Origin: a virus
Lineage: Duplodnaviria > Heunggongvirae > Uroviricota > Caudoviricetes
Length of the DNA stretch: 5,888 nt
Direction: 5' to 3' (one strand)
Virus record (IMG/VR): IMGVR_UViG_2648501400_000014
This document shows, piece after piece, positions 5,877-5,888 of this stretch. The position numbers were made by a program, and so were the translations under genes. Within the stretch, counting starts at the first letter, position 1. Every line of letters begins with the position of its first letter. The notes under the pieces are model-generated. The model saw only the letters and a list, made by a program, of their open reading frames with translations, ran no database searches and was not told the origin of the DNA.

Positions 5877-5888
5877 ATTGGAGAGCAG

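Noticed and set aside
5763-5888. Open minus-strand frame entering from the right window edge (…[36 protein letters not shown]-stop)
   Set aside because: It could be the 3' end of an upstream gene, but the interval is packed with palindromes and is AT-rich, the peptide is low-complexity, and about 40 stop-free codons are not compelling. It cannot be resolved without upstream sequence.
1-5888. tRNA, rRNA, CRISPR array, integrase/att site, insertion sequence
   Set aside because: I looked for cloverleaf-like GC-rich 70-90 nt segments, regularly spaced direct repeats, and transposase- or integrase-like ORFs and found none. The only repeats are the cos R-sites and the palindromes listed above.

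Overview
This window is the cos-spanning DNA-packaging and head-assembly module of a lambda-like (lambdoid) phage or prophage, read in reverse. All five structural genes are on the minus strand in canonical lambda order: Nu1 (terminase small subunit), A (terminase large subunit), W, B (portal) and C (head protease, cut by the window start). Just upstream lies an intact lambda-type cos site: three R-site-like repeats and an IHF-consensus site (cosB), then a 44-bp core that matches lambda cosN as I recall it, including the 12-nt cohesive end GGGCGGCGACCT. Because cos is internal, positions 4900-5888 are the phage right end joined to the left end, as in a prophage, circular form or concatemer. 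That right-end segment is AT-rich and accessory-like. It holds a small plus-strand ORF that looks like a truncated ribbon-helix-helix protein, and the most interesting object in the window: a minus-strand gene for a predicted lipoprotein of about 108 aa that consists of nothing but a TonB C-terminal-like domain, sitting behind a cluster of palindromes. I propose, as inference only, that this is a moron-type TonB-mimic lipoprotein that could interfere with TonB-dependent outer-membrane receptors (superinfection exclusion or bacteriocin protection). All homology statements rest on reading the translations against protein and DNA sequences I remember; no database search or computation was run. 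Most other ORFs in the supplied track are shadow ORFs inside the GC-rich structural genes.
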